Numbered from the whole stretch's first letter, positions 48,384 to 60,409 are shown. The stretch is 63,772 bases of DNA, filler included, from Chrysochromulina tobinii (GCA_001275005.1; 8 parts of 8 records of this genome joined end to end with filler, not necessarily neighbours in it); one strand, 5' to 3'. Numbers and translations: made by a program. Notes: a model not told the origin generated them from the letters alone.

Positions 48384-51300
48384 ATGGCTTTCGCCGATGA
48401 AGACGATTTCGACGAGGCCAACGGGCTCACATTCGATGAGTATCTACGCGCACACCGTGCGGAAAGTCCTGCTCGCAAGGCGATCTTCTCTCCGCCGTTG
48501 GAGCTGCGCCAATCGATCGAAGCGGCTGCGGAGCGCATCGCCAAACGCCGAGAGGAGCGCAAGCAGGAGGAGCTTGCGCGGCTGCGATCGTTGATGGCGG
48601 GCGCCACCAGAGCAAAGGAGTTGCCCGTCTCGCCGCGGGTGCCACGCACTCTCACGACCCACGAGCCTGAAGCTCCTCCCGCACCACCGCAGCCTCCATC
48701 GGAGCAGATGTCAATGGCGCCGTTGTCTTCCCACGCTCCTGCGCCTCAGCGCATACGCAAGCACACGTCGTACCTGACGCCAGAGAAGCCTGCCCACGCT
48801 CGTCCTCCTGCTGCCCCATCACTACCCGTGCCGCAGTTTTCGGAGCTGCTGCCGCCGCCGCCGCCGCCACCGCCTGCCCCCGTCGTTACCGCCCGGACCG
48901 CCGCCTCCGTCGCCTTCTGCTCCGCCAGAGCCGCCGCCCTCTCCTCCTCAGCCCTCTCCTCCTCAGCCCTCTCCTCCTCAGCCCTCTCCTCCTCAGCCCT
49001 CTCCTCCTCAGCCCTCTCCTCCTCAGCCCTCTCCACCGCCGCCGTCCACACCGTCACCGAGTGCACCCCAGACGAGATCGCTTGGTTGAGCGGCTGGCAG
49101 CGCGGCTGGCGCACGCGCCACGTGCTGCGCTCGCGTGCGGGCGAGTCGCTGCGACAGCAGATGCGAGATGTGCGCGAGATGCTCTCGGACATCGCATCTC
49201 GCGGCATGCCACCCGTCGAGGTGGCGATGCTCGAACAGCTGCGTGCGCAGGCTCGCCGGCAAGTGGTGGAGCTCATTAGGCTCTGTCAGCGGCCGGTACC
49301 GAAGCCCATCAAGGGCGCAGGACGGAGCCGCCAGGCAGGGGCTCACACGAGCAAGCTAGTGCGCCGGGTCGCCGCGCCCGCCGCGCCTGCAACCACCGCC
49401 CGTGCAGCCGCCGCCACCGCCCGTGCAGCCGCCGCCACCGCCCACGCCGCCACCCACGCCGCCACCGCCCATGCAGCCGTCTCCGAGGGCGGTGGGACTT
49501 CGTTTGATCGCTGGGCTCGGTCGGTGCCGCTCCCGGTCGGATTCCCACAGCCCGACGACAACGACGACGACGCGCCGGCAGAGCCTTCGGAAGGCCGAGC
49601 TGGCAATGACACCGCCTCGCGTGGATTGCACCGTCGCCTTGCTGCCGCAACGTCCGTGGTCGACGCTGCACGTGTCCCAAGCGCTTCGTTGACATTACTC
49701 AAGTCGCGTGGCAAGCACCCCGCACAACCCGCGCCCGCCGCACCCACCGTATCCACCGCATCCGCCGCGCCCGCCGCGCCCGCCGCACCCGCCGCACCCG
49801 CCGCATCCACTGCGCCCGCCGCGCCCGCCGCACCAGCCGCGCCCGCCGCACCCGCCGCACCCGCTGCTTCGTCAGTGGGATTCGGTGGCGCGAGGTGGGC
49901 GCTGGAGCCGTCGGGCGCTGTGGCGAGCACTCCAGCCGCTGAGGCGACCAAGGTGAGGAAACCCTTCCTCACACGCAAGTCGTTCAATTTACAACCGTCC
50001 AAGGTGGACTTCAGTAACGTCAAGTCCCGCGTGAATGCGCCGCCTCCGCCGCCGTCGCAGGCCGTCTCCACGCAGACGGGCGCGTCGATGCCCGTCGGCT
50101 CGGCATCGGCGCCGTCCACCTCGCCGATGACCTCGACCAAAGCAGACAGCCACAAACGGCTCGTACTGCAACGGCGAGGGCCACCCCCAACTGCCGCCGG
50201 ACCACCTGCCGCCGCGCCACCTGCCGCCGGACGCCGCGGCTCCACGTCCACAGCCACTGCCTGCACTTCCTCCTCGGCGTCCTTGTCCGTTCGTGTGCTT
50301 GCAGCCACGGCGCCTGCAGCCTCCGCCACGGCGCCTGTAGCCTCAGCCTCGGCGCCTGCCGCCTCGGCGCTTGCCGCCTCGGCGCCCGAAGCTGTTGCTG
50401 CTCCAGCTCGGCATCTCGTAAGGCACTCGCCTCACGGCACTCGCCCTGCCGTCAGTGCGACTACCCTCTCCATGTCACAAGCCACCTTCAGCGCTGCCGC
50501 CGCAGGCGCGCCTCCACCGCCGCTGCCGGCACCGGCGCATGCCTTCAGCACTGCCGCCGCTGGCGCGCCTCCACCGATGCCGGCAGCGACGCATGCAACT
50601 TCGGAGCCTTCATCGCCTCGCCCGTCGCCTCGGCCGTCGCCGTCCCTGCCGCCGCCGCCGCCACCGCCACCGCCCGCGTCCGCGTACACCCTCTCCCCAT
50701 CCTTAACTGGAGGGGCGTCACCGCGGCGCCTTCCCTCGGCATCCGTGGGCGTGCCTCGGGGCGCACACGGAGCCGCACACGGCCTCGGGGCGAGCGTGCC
50801 CAGCCTCGGTCCCCCATCCGCCCTTCGGCCGCCCTCACCCCATCGGCCGCCCTCACCCCATCGGTCGGCTTCACCCCATCGGCCGCCCTCACCCCATCGA
50901 TCGGCATCGGGAGGCTCGAGCCTGGTGTCACCTCTCGCGGGCGCGGTGGTGCCCACGACGGCGCCCATACCGGCGCCCACGACGGCGCCGTCGCCAGGAC
51001 GGTCGCGCACCGCGCTGGGGCAACGCTCCCCGCTGGGACAACGCTCCCCGAACGAGGGGACAGCCGATGCCTCGGCCGCCGCCGCCGCCGCTGCGAGTGC
51101 CATTGCGAGTGCCATGCGGGACAGCCCGGCCGCCCTGTCACCTGGGGGCTGGCCCGCTGAGTTCTCAAAGCCGGCGGCTAAGGCCGTGATCGGCGAGGGG
51201 GCGTCTGCGGTGGCGGCGCGCGACACCGCCCACGACGGCGCCCACGACGGCGCCCACGACGGCGCCTCGTGGCTTTCGGGGCGCCGTGCTGAGCGCCTCG

Positions 51301-51938
51301 CGATCTTGGCGCACCTCGAGCGCGACACGACGCGTCTCTTGCCGGCCGACGCGGCTCTGGCCCGGAGAATGGCCTCACGCAATGCTGCGGGCACAGGCGC
51401 CGCCGCCAGTGCGGCCTTTGCCAGCGCGCTCGTCAGCGCGGCGGGGGTGGCCGCGGCAGGGGCGGCGGCGCCAATCGGGGCCGCGGGTAACGACTTCCGA
51501 GAGGGGGCACCCACGACGGCGCCAAGCGGGGCCGCGGGTAACGGCTTCCGCGACTTCCGAGAGGGGGCGCGCTTAACAGGCTCTGCCATCTACGAGGCGA
51601 CCCACGGCCTGACGAAACCCGCGGCCGGCTGGACCATCCCCCCGGCCGGGCTGGGGGCAGGACTCTCGGGGCAGGTGCTGGAGCTCCGGTGCCCGGATTG
51701 CATGCTGATTGCCATTGATTGTCACTGATTGCATTATGATTGCATCCCTCATCAGGTGCTGGAGCTCCGGTGCCCGGATTGCATGCTGATTGCCATTGAT
51801 TGCCGCTGATTGCATGATGATTGCCTCCCTCATCAGGACGGCGAGCGGCTCCCGGAGATCCTCGAGGGGCTCGCCCATCGGCTCGGCCTCGCTCTCGAGC
51901 CCCCGCCCCTCGAGACGGCGGGCCGGCGACGAAACTAG
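48384..51938 (+). CDS. Low-complexity protein with an IQ-like motif and a tau-like KVDFSNVKSRV motif; final intron(s) 51675-51836
   Basis: 1114-aa ORF; IAWLSGWQRGWRTRHVLR; possible last exon DGERLPEILEGLAHRLG. Confidence 0.55.
51675..51836 (+). repeat. Tandem duplication of an 81-nt GT...AG intron-like unit
   Basis: 51675-51755 and 51756-51836 each start GTGCTGGAGCTCCGGTGCCC and end ccctcatCAG. Confidence 0.9.
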
Positions 51939-52421
51939 TGACGAAACTGACCTCGCGTCGGCGGGCCAGCGACGGGGCGCGTGACGAAACTGACCTCGAG
52001 ACGGCGGGACAGCGACGGGGCGCGTGACCTCCTGGGAAGGAGAAGCGCTTGTTGACGAGTTTAGTGACGACTGACGAGTCCGGGAAGCGAAGTGCCACGA
52101 AGGGACGACTGACGTCTCCAACGGCGTCGGAACGCGGGCACTCTCTCGAGTTGCACGATCCGAGGCGAGAGCCGAAAGCGAGACGGCGTGCGGAAAAGTA
52201 TAATTTATGAGACGTTCTGGAGTCATGTCTTGTTCGTCGCGTCCATGCAGCAACATGTGTCTTCTCGTCATACATGACAGACCACGCGAACTCGACTCGT
52301 CACTGAGAGGGTGTTCAGCATCCGGCGCATGCATACCGGCAAATTCACGATCGTCATTTCCTCATCAACTACAGTCAGTTCACCAACTTCACCATATGTA
52401 TTCACCCTGCCAATCGGCCTT

Positions 52422-53659
52422 CTAGACCCCCGCAATGGCGGTTGACCCTAGGGATGCCCACAGCGCGGCGGCATCGAGCAGGGCGGCGTTGATGCCGCTC
52501 CACGAGCAGTAGTGCACGCAGTCCAAGCTGTATGACTCGTTGGCACTGCGATTGGCGCCGAGATGGGCACCCATATGGAGCTCGTGCAGAGCTCGCGTCA
52601 GAGCCCATCCATCGAGGATCCCCACCGCGTTCGAGTTGGTCTCCACGTTCGGCTTCGCCTTCGGGTCGTTTGAGAAGGCGCTGGCTAAGCGGGAGATGAT
52701 CGCGGGCTTTGGCCTCGTGCCGGTGGCGGGGCAGGAGGGGCCTACGGACGGACCCGCAGACACCGAGGGGGGGCGCTCGCCACGGCGCGTTCGCGCGTAC
52801 AGCCCATCGGAGGTGGCGAAGTGAGTGGCGAGTGTTTCTCGGTAGAGAATTTGAGGGCATCGCGGATGGTGCGAGGCAAGGCCTCGTAGGGCAAGCGCGT
52901 CTTCCCAGAGCACATCTTCACAGCTGCTCAGGTTCGCCTTCGGCCAGGCGAGCTGCCCGATGCGGAGGCAGCTCTCCGTCTGCCCATTCGCATCCGCACC
53001 CAAGAACCATGCTCCCATGTTCACCATTGCGAGGTCGTGCGCGCGTGTCTGGTTGCTAAGAATCAGCCGGAGCAACGCCCCCGAGGTGGTCTGTGCACGC
53101 CTCGATTGGGGGTCGAGGTACCAGGACAGAGTGCCAGCGGGGATCAAGCAGAGCCGGATCGCTGCGGAGCCGAGCCGTGTCTCGGCGCTCGCACACTGCA
53201 CCTTCCTGCCCATACGAGCGTCGGAGTAGGAGGTGCTCCAGCTCCATGGTTGAGAGGCCCAGCGCCAGGTTCCGTGCGCTGGACCCAGGGTGCGGAACAG
53301 GTACGGAACAGGTGGCCCTGGCCTCGGCTCAGCTCCTGCGCGATTCGACAGAAGGCCTCGGCTCCCATCTGCGCCGTCACGGAATCGCCAATCAGCCAGA
53401 GGGTGCGTAGCTTGTTGGTCTCGGAAGCGTTGTCGCGAGGCAAGAGTGCGCGGCTGAGCTCTGGCACCGTACAATTGCTAGCGGCTGGCGTCCATGCGAC
53501 GCCGTGCGCGGACAGCTGCTGGGGGCTGCACGCATACGTCCACTCCGCCGGGTTGGAGCAAAAATGGGCTTCGCTGAATACCGCCTTTGAGATTCGTTGC
53601 TGAGGATGGCTCACCCAGCGTCCCTCTTGCAAAAAGTTCTTGGCCTCGCATATGGGCAT
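52422..53659 (-). CDS. TBL/PC-esterase (GDSL/SGNH-like) acyltransferase/esterase with a frame change near 53150-53300
   Basis: WTP..C...LWLIGDS in one frame; VNMGAW, LYRET...HF and DCVHYC (DxxH) in another. Confidence 0.7.
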
Positions 53660-54051
53660 GGCGACACTGAGGTCGCCCGCCTATCGCCCGCCCGACTGAT
53701 CGAGCCACGATACGGTCGCCGCTTCTTCAGCGGTCAGTCAGCTCGTGAATCCGAACTGCCGAAATCTCATGCATGCTTGCCGGACAAAGCTTGCTGGACT
53801 TTGAAGAGCTGTCTTCTGCTCTTGCCAGACGAAGCTATCCGGATAGGCAAAGCTTGCTGGACTCTAGGACAAAGCATGCATGACAAATGTCTCGAACTGT
53901 TTTGTATTCATCCTGTTTGGAGAATCTGTCGGGTGCATAGCTATTCAGGATAACTCTTCGGAGTAATTCATATTGGGCGAGCGGAATCTATATTCCGAAC
54001 AGAGTTTCCACAGGCTTCCAGTTTTTCCACTACCAACAGCTTCCAACAGCA

Positions 54052-56370
54052 ATGCTGCCGGCGCGAGGAGTCCTCTTGTGGATTGGGCTCTCGTACATCG
54101 GGCTCTCGTATGGGCAGCCGCCGGAGCCGCCGGAGCCGCCACCGACCTCGTCGACCTCGTACATGAATGAACCGCCTGAACCCCCTTTTGCGCCCAACCC
54201 GTCCCCTGCACCCTCGAGGCCACCGTTGGCGCCAGGCTACGCGTCATCGTCGATTACGGTGTGCGAAAACATCTGCGTGGGTGAGTTTGGCAATGATTGG
54301 GCGAGCGATGGATTTTGCGACGACGGCGGCCCGGGTTCGGATTATTCCGATTGCGGAGCTGGACTCGGCTCCGATTGCGAAGACTGCGGCCCGCGTGAGA
54401 GCGATGCCCTCCGGCTGTGCACCTCGTGCCCCATCGAATGTAACCAACTTGGCAACGCCAGCCGATTCCCTCGAGATTGGTGCCTCGAGGGCATGTACAA
54501 CGAGATGGCAAGAGAGGCATCGGAGAACCCGGATGCGGTGCAGCCCACGTGCCACCGGCAGTGCAACAACTGGCAGTGCCTCCACGACGGGGGCGACTGC
54601 ACACTCGCCCAGGCACTCGACGTGTGCCGACCCCTCCAGAAGAGACGAGCCAATCTGCTCAAGACGATCCCACCTAACTCAGCGACTGCACGCGCGCCCG
54701 TTGAGTTCAGCGTGTCCAAGATGGCGCCCTTCCGCCCGACTCTGGACACGGGGAACAACCAGTGGAAGCTCGAGCTCGAGATGACGATCTCCCTGCGCTG
54801 GGCCGACTCGCGCCTGGTCAGCGTGCCGTGTCGGCTCAAGTTGGGCGACATGCTGTCGCTCGCGCCGGGCACGGCGGCCGCGGTACGTGAAGCGCAAGAG
54901 TCCGACCGGTCGATCATTTGGATGCCGACGCCGAAAATCAACGACTCGGCCATCACCTATCGGGCTGATCCGTCTAACGTGGCGCCCGGCTCGATCAAGA
55001 ATGAGGTCTCGGAGGCGACCTTCACGTTCACCGGAGGCGCAACGACGCCTTGGATTGGCGCCGGGCCGGGCGGCTCGACGCATTGTGTGGACTGCGCGCA
55101 TCAGACCTTGAGCTTCACGTGGGCCATCGGCATCGAGCCCCTCCTCTTGTTCGACTTCTACCCCTTCGATCATCAGCAGTTCACGATCCGCTTTGACCTC
55201 GGCGAGCAGGTCGACGCCTTCTCCTGCGAGCACTTGCTGAGCGACAAAAGCTCACTTTTCGCAACGCTCGAGGCGGAGGGAAACTTAGACTCGTTGCTCC
55301 CCTTCACCGACGAGTACTCTTGGAACACTGGTGCCGCAGAGCCCCTCAGCGCGCATCATCCGAAGGGCGACGGTGGCGCCGTCGACAAGGGCAAGTGCGA
55401 CATCACGTTCAAGGTGAAGCGTGACACCTCGATCATCTTCTTGAAGGTGATCATCCCGACGATCATCGTGGTGTACGTGGGTCTACTCGCTGTGCTGCTC
55501 CGAGCGGAAGACCACTCGGGCGACCGCGCCGCGCTCCTCGGCGTGTCGCTGCTCATCAACATGGTCAACATCGAGCGCGACAATGGGATCGGCAAGCTCG
55601 CGTACTCGGTGTGGTTCGACACGTTCAACCTCTCGCAGATCATCATTATCGTGATCGCGGTGATCGAGGGCCTCATCGAGTATAGGCTCCACATCGCGGG
55701 CAGGGAGTTGGAGTGCCTTATCCTCCAATCCGTCTGGTCGTGGCTCCTGCTGGTGGGCTTCTACCCGCTGATGACGGCGGCCATCATCCTCGGCGGTGCC
55801 GACCTACCGGAAGGGGCCCTCGCCTGCTGGATCCTCATGGGTATCTGCTTCTTCATCGCTCTGTGCGTGGGTTACTATCGGATTAGAATCGGGCGCGTGC
55901 GGCGGAAGCAGGCACTCAAGAGACTGTTTGATGCCGACACCCGAGACCCTGAAGATTTCATGCACCACTTCACTGCAGCCTTCGAGGCCTTCGACGAACT
56001 CGGCGCGGGCGTGCTCCATATCGACGTGGCGCGCGAGCTCTTCAAGGCGGCGATGAATCGGGACTATGACGGCGATGGTCAGGTCACGGGTTTCGAGCTC
56101 TTTTCGAACTCGATGGACGAGGCGCGCAAAGTCGCCACCGCCACGGGCGGCAAGCTCTCCATCGAAGCATGCGAAGACCTTTTCGCAAAGCTTGGGGTGA
56201 CCAAACCTGGGGGCTCGATCCGCGGGGGTGACACCGACACCGTAGCGACGAAAAATGGAGGACCCTCTAGCCGCCGCTATTCGAAGCCAGAGACCGTCGT
56301 CCCTGTCACTCCCCGGGGAAGTATCTCCACGGCCGAGGAGACGGAAATTCAGTCGATGAAAACCGAGTAG
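54052..56370 (+). CDS. Pentameric ligand-gated ion channel (Cys-less, Pro-loop) homologue with N-terminal Cys-rich/LNR-like modules and C-terminal EF-hand-like motifs
   Basis: Signal peptide; WADSRL, IWMP, FYPFDHQ; KVKRDT pre-M1; M1 with Pro, M2 DR..., M3 W.D.F; CNNWQCLHDGGDC; DYDGDGQVTGFE. Confidence 0.85.
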   Translation: MLPARGVLLWIGLSYIGLSYGQPPEPPEPPPTSSTSYMNEPPEPPFAPNPSPAPSRPPLAPGYASSSITVCENICVGEFGNDWASDGFCDDGGPGSDYSDCGAGLGSDCEDCGPRESDALRLCTSCPIECNQLGNASRFPRDWCLEGMYNEMAREASENPDAVQPTCHRQCNNWQCLHDGGDCTLAQALDVCRPLQKRRANLLKTIPPNSATARAPVEFSVSKMAPFRPTLDTGNNQWKLELEMTISLRWADSRLVSVPCRLKLGDMLSLAPGTAAAVREAQESDRSIIWMPTPKINDSAITYRADPSNVAPGSIKNEVSEATFTFTGGATTPWIGAGPGGSTHCVDCAHQTLSFTWAIGIEPLLLFDFYPFDHQQFTIRFDLGEQVDAFSCEHLLSDKSSLFATLEAEGNLDSLLPFTDEYSWNTGAAEPLSAHHPKGDGGAVDKGKCDITFKVKRDTSIIFLKVIIPTIIVVYVGLLAVLLRAEDHSGDRAALLGVSLLINMVNIERDNGIGKLAYSVWFDTFNLSQIIIIVIAVIEGLIEYRLHIAGRELECLILQSVWSWLLLVGFYPLMTAAIILGGADLPEGALACWILMGICFFIALCVGYYRIRIGRVRRKQALKRLFDADTRDPEDFMHHFTAAFEAFDELGAGVLHIDVARELFKAAMNRDYDGDGQVTGFELFSNSMDEARKVATATGGKLSIEACEDLFAKLGVTKPGGSIRGGDTDTVATKNGGPSSRRYSKPETVVPVTPRGSISTAEETEIQSMKTE

Positions 56371-56379
56371 CACGGCATG

Positions 56380-56571
56380 GGCATCGGCGCGGGGAGCAGG
56401 CACAGCGGCTGCAGGCACAGCGAGAGGCGGAGGCGGGAGTACTGTACGACGAGATACAACGGCAGGAGATGTGTGATGGCATGCACATCGGCGCGGGGAG
56501 CAGGCACAGCGGCTGCAGGCACAGCGAGAGGCGGAGGCGGAGGCGGGAGTACTGTACAACGAGATACAACG
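56380..56571. repeat. Two-copy direct repeat (~85 nt) just after the pLGIC stop codon
   Basis: catcggcgcggggagcaggcacagcggctgcagg...gagatacaacg twice. Confidence 0.85.
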
Positions 56572-57142
56572 CAACGGCAGGTGAGATGTTTCATGTTTGA
56601 TGGCATAGCTCTTGCATGTTGGAAGGACGAGCAGGCCAAGCTCTCCGCCCGACATGGATGTTGGTGCTCCCGGCGTTCCCGGATGCGTACAACGGGTCGA
56701 AGGTGCATGCAGGCATTGCATGCAGGCACGACGTGCAGCGTGAAATAAGCGGACCAAGAAAAAGTAACGTTGCCGGCCGCTCTTACCCTCTTTCATACAT
56801 TGTAGACAAGGCTTGCATTTGTGCATGCATGCGATCCATACTGGTGCAGCGTCACACCGGACAACGTCTTGAACGCAACGCAACCGGAGCGGAGACGATC
56901 CACAGTCTCCACATCACATGTGTGAAACACCGAGTGCTGCACCACACGTACGGACTACACGACTACGTCATGACAATCATGTAGAGCCAATGGCGTTTCA
57001 TGCGCCTTGCCTTGTGTGGTGCAATCGCATTCTGATTTGTGAAGGGCGCACGCGCAGTACGCACGCGCCCTTGCCCAGCCCCCTGCGCGAGATCCTCGCA
57101 GCGACGGAAGCGGGCTCAGCGGTGTCGGCGGCGCGTCGGTCA

Positions 57143-60100
57143 TCACTTGCCGAGCGCGCCCTCAGTCTCGACCTTCCACTGGAACACGGCGCAGTCGCTG
57201 CCGCCGGTCGTGATCACGCGGTCGTTACTCCAGGTGAAGGAGATGTTGGTCACGTGGGACGAGTGACCGCCGTAGACGCGGCACGCGGCGCGTGGCACTA
57301 TGCACGGATAACGGAAGAGTTTCACCTTGCCGTAGTCGTCGGCGGTGGCCACCAGGCATGGCTCTGTGACCGCCTCATCGCCCGGTTTCCGATTGGTGCG
57401 CGCGCACGCGTTGATGTCGGTGCCGTCCGCACCTTCGGGCCAGATGCCGCGCAACGCCCAGCCAAAAGTGCACGACTGGGTGGCCCACTTCGCGTTGCGC
57501 ATGGTCGAGCTCGTCTTCTCTTGATGAGGTCGCCACCGGTACTGCGGCGGCTTCGTCCCAGGGACCGTGTCCCACAGTTGCCAGTACAGGAGCTCGTGCG
57601 CGCCGCAGTTGGACTGCAGGCTGCGCGAGTCCGTCGACCAATCGAGATGCGTCACAAAGGAGGAGTGGCCGCGCAGCTCGGCGACCTTGCGGAACTTGGC
57701 CCCCTCGGCCTTACCCCCCTGCGGCGCCTCATAGACGTCTATGAAGTTGTCCGCGTTCCCCACAGCGATCCAGCGCCCGTCGGGCGAGAACTTGAGGTCG
57801 GCGACGCGCTCGTGGCGCGTGTGGTCGGGCTCAAAGGCGAGCCCGAGGTCTTCGCTCTCGAGAACGAGCCACTTGCCCTCGGTCGTGCCCTTCGCCTTGC
57901 CCTTGGACGAGCCGAGCCCGACCGCTATGTACTGGCCGTCCGGCGAGTAGCACACACAGCGGATCGGGCCGTCTATCTTGGCCATCGCGCGCAGCGAGCG
58001 GTTGTCGAGGTCCCATACGCGCAGGGTCATGTCCTCAGCGGCCGTGCAGAACTCCTGCTTGCGCGGATGCGTCGCGAGCCCCCACGTCTCCTCATAGTGG
58101 CCCTGCACGTAGCAGAAGGGCGCCTCAGCAGAGTCAAACGTCACCTCGTAGATCTCGTTGCACACGGTCCCGACGAGGAGATTCCCCTTCTCGTCGCCGC
58201 AGAGCGAGTGCGCCGCCGCGGGCCTGCCGCGTTTGGGGTGCGCCTTCTCGAGCTCGCCGTCGTCATTCTTGAGCGGCGGCCCCTGCAGCTCGGGCGTCAC
58301 CCACTGGTTCAGGTCGTACGACTTGAGCGGCTTGTAGTTGGGCCACTGCTTGGGTGCGTGTGGGTCCCAAGTATGAGGCTCCCACAGGTGCAGCCAGCCG
58401 TCGTCGCCGGACGAGACGAGCACGTGCTTCCACGGATCGTACCACAAAGCAGTCACCTTACACTGCTCGCGCGAGTGCTCGGCCATCACAGGATGCGCGA
58501 GGACCGCCACGTCCATCGCCTGCTCCGCGAAGCGGAATATGTACCCCGTCGCCGAGCCGCAGTACGTGACGCCGTCGGTGCCGAAGGCGACGGCCATCAG
58601 ATCGCACGCGCCCACCTTGCCAAAGACGCCCTTCTTGGCCCAGATCTTGCTCTCGTGTGCCGAGATCTTCGCATCTTTAGAGTCCCCAGGCGCCTCCTCC
58701 ACGCCCTCCTTGATCCCAAAGAAGCGGATGAACTTGCGTCCGACGGCGACGATGTGGTCCGTCACCGGGTTGTACGCGATTTGGTACACGTCATCGTTGT
58801 GCCCCTTGTCGAAGCCCACACGCATGTCCTCGAGCTTCTTGTCCTTGCCCCACTTGTAGATGAAGACGGTCCGGTTGTTGTCCTTTCCCATGGTCGCGAG
58901 GTACTCGCCCGACGACGAGAAGGAGACGCCGATGACAGCGCGCCTGTGGTCGCCCGAGATTTTGCACAAACATGGCAGGTTGCGCGAGCCCTTGCGATCG
59001 GGCACCGACGACCAGACGAGCACCTTCGGGTCTTTGCCCATCTGGCCGGTGCACACGAGAACCTTCTGCGGGTGCATGTCGAGCGCCGTAATGTCGTCGT
59101 CGTGCCCCATGAACTGAAGCTGCTGGTGAGTCTGAGCATCCACGAGCAGTGCACAGGCAAGCACAGGTCAGCAGAGGTCAGCAGGGGTCCGCAGAGGCAC
59201 TCAGAGGTACTCGGAGGCCATCAGAGGCCATCAGAGGCCATCAGAGGCCATCAGAGGTCATCAGAGGCCATCAGAGGTCATCAGAGGCCATCAGAGGTCA
59301 TCAGAGGCCATCAGAGGCCATCAGAGGTCATCAGAGGCCATCAGAGCCAATCAGCCGCTCGCCTCCTTATCATACACGATCCCCAGCGTCATCAGAGGTC
59401 ATCAGAGGTCATCAGAGGTCATCAGCCGCTCGCCTCCTTATCATACACGATCCCCAGCGTCATCAGAGGTCATCAGAGGTCATCAGAGGTCATCAGCCGC
59501 TCGCCTCCTTATCATACACGATCCCCAGCGCGGCAGAGTGGTACACGATCTTGCCCTCCTTGTTGTAGAAGAGGTTGGCGCGCACGCGCCGGCTCGTGTA
59601 CCCGTACACGAACTCGAGGCTCAACTTGTTCGGCTTGAGAGAGCTCAGGTCGTCGTTCTCGCGCGCGTCGTCCGGCCCAATGTAATCCGACGGCGGGTAC
59701 ACTAGACCCTTGTACGGCGCGTACTTGAACGGGTCGTTGAACGGGTTGTCGTCCTCGAAGAAGTTGCCGCCCTCCTCGCCGCCCACAGTTTTGAAGCGCT
59801 CCCATTCGGACTTCTTCGCGCCATGCTTTTCGCGCGTGAGCAGCGATGGACCCTTGATGGCGGTCAGCGGCGTCGGCCCGCGCTGAGGCAGGGGCTCCGA
59901 GAGCGGCCCGCCGCGCATGGACGCGTGGAAGAAGGCTGGCTGGCCAATCGCATTCTTTCGCGGGGTCACGCTCGCGCGCGATGTCGAGCCGAACGCCACG
60001 CTGCGACCGGGCGACGGCGGACGCGGCGTCGGGAAGGCCCACTGCGGCGGCGCCTCCGCGGCCGGGGCTGAGCGGCCGGCTCGGGCCGCGGGCTCACAGG

Positions 60101-60409
60101 GCCGGCTGCCGGCGCGCGGCGTCGCGCCCACTCGGGGCACCCCGTAGGAATGCCCGGCCTCAAGCCCGAGAAGGCGGCCGGAGACGACGAGCGCGGCGTG
60201 AGCGCCGCAACGGTGTCCGCGAGCTTCTCAATCTTTTCCATGAGCGCCTGCTCACGCTGCTGTGCCTCTGCGAGCCGCGCCTCGAGCTCGCGCTCGCGCG
60301 GGGTTTGCGGCACTGACGACATCACACCGCGCTGAATGGGCTCGAAGCGAGGAGCTTCCGCGGAGGCGTCGCCTCCTTCAGCAGGGTGGCTCACCGCCTG
60401 TGTATTCAA
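57143..60409 (-). CDS. EML-like (HELP plus WD40 TAPE) microtubule-associated protein; GC-AG intron 59132-59504; probable 1-nt homopolymer frameshift at 60140-60143
   Basis: LSLEFVYGY...RANLFY...IVYHSAALGIVYDKE|THQQLQFMGHDDDI; GHSSFVTHLDWS..LQSN; WATQSCTFGW; DDYGKVKLFRYP; GHSSHVTN. Confidence 0.92.
59132..59504 (-). other. GC-AG intron with long (CCTCTGATGA/G)n array and two extra copies of its exon/donor junction
   Basis: AAGGAG|GCGAGC...gatgctCAG|ACT restores the conserved HELP-WD40 sequence. Confidence 0.85.

Noticed and set aside
52070..52120. Hammerhead ribozyme (CTGANGA core; also CTGATGA in the arrays)
   Set aside because: Here CTGACGA-GTCC...GGAC is followed by GACT, not GAAA. I found no array unit followed by stem II plus GAAA; an Infernal search would settle it.
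56918..59638. 906-aa + strand ORF and many other long overlapping ORFs
   Set aside because: Antisense shadows of real GC-rich genes; no motifs
60138..60144. Programmed frameshift or pseudogenisation of the EML gene
   Set aside because: One extra G in a G4 run restores the frame and the rest of the gene is intact; most likely a homopolymer sequencing error. The frame breaks at ~280, ~1850 and ~53280 may be similar.
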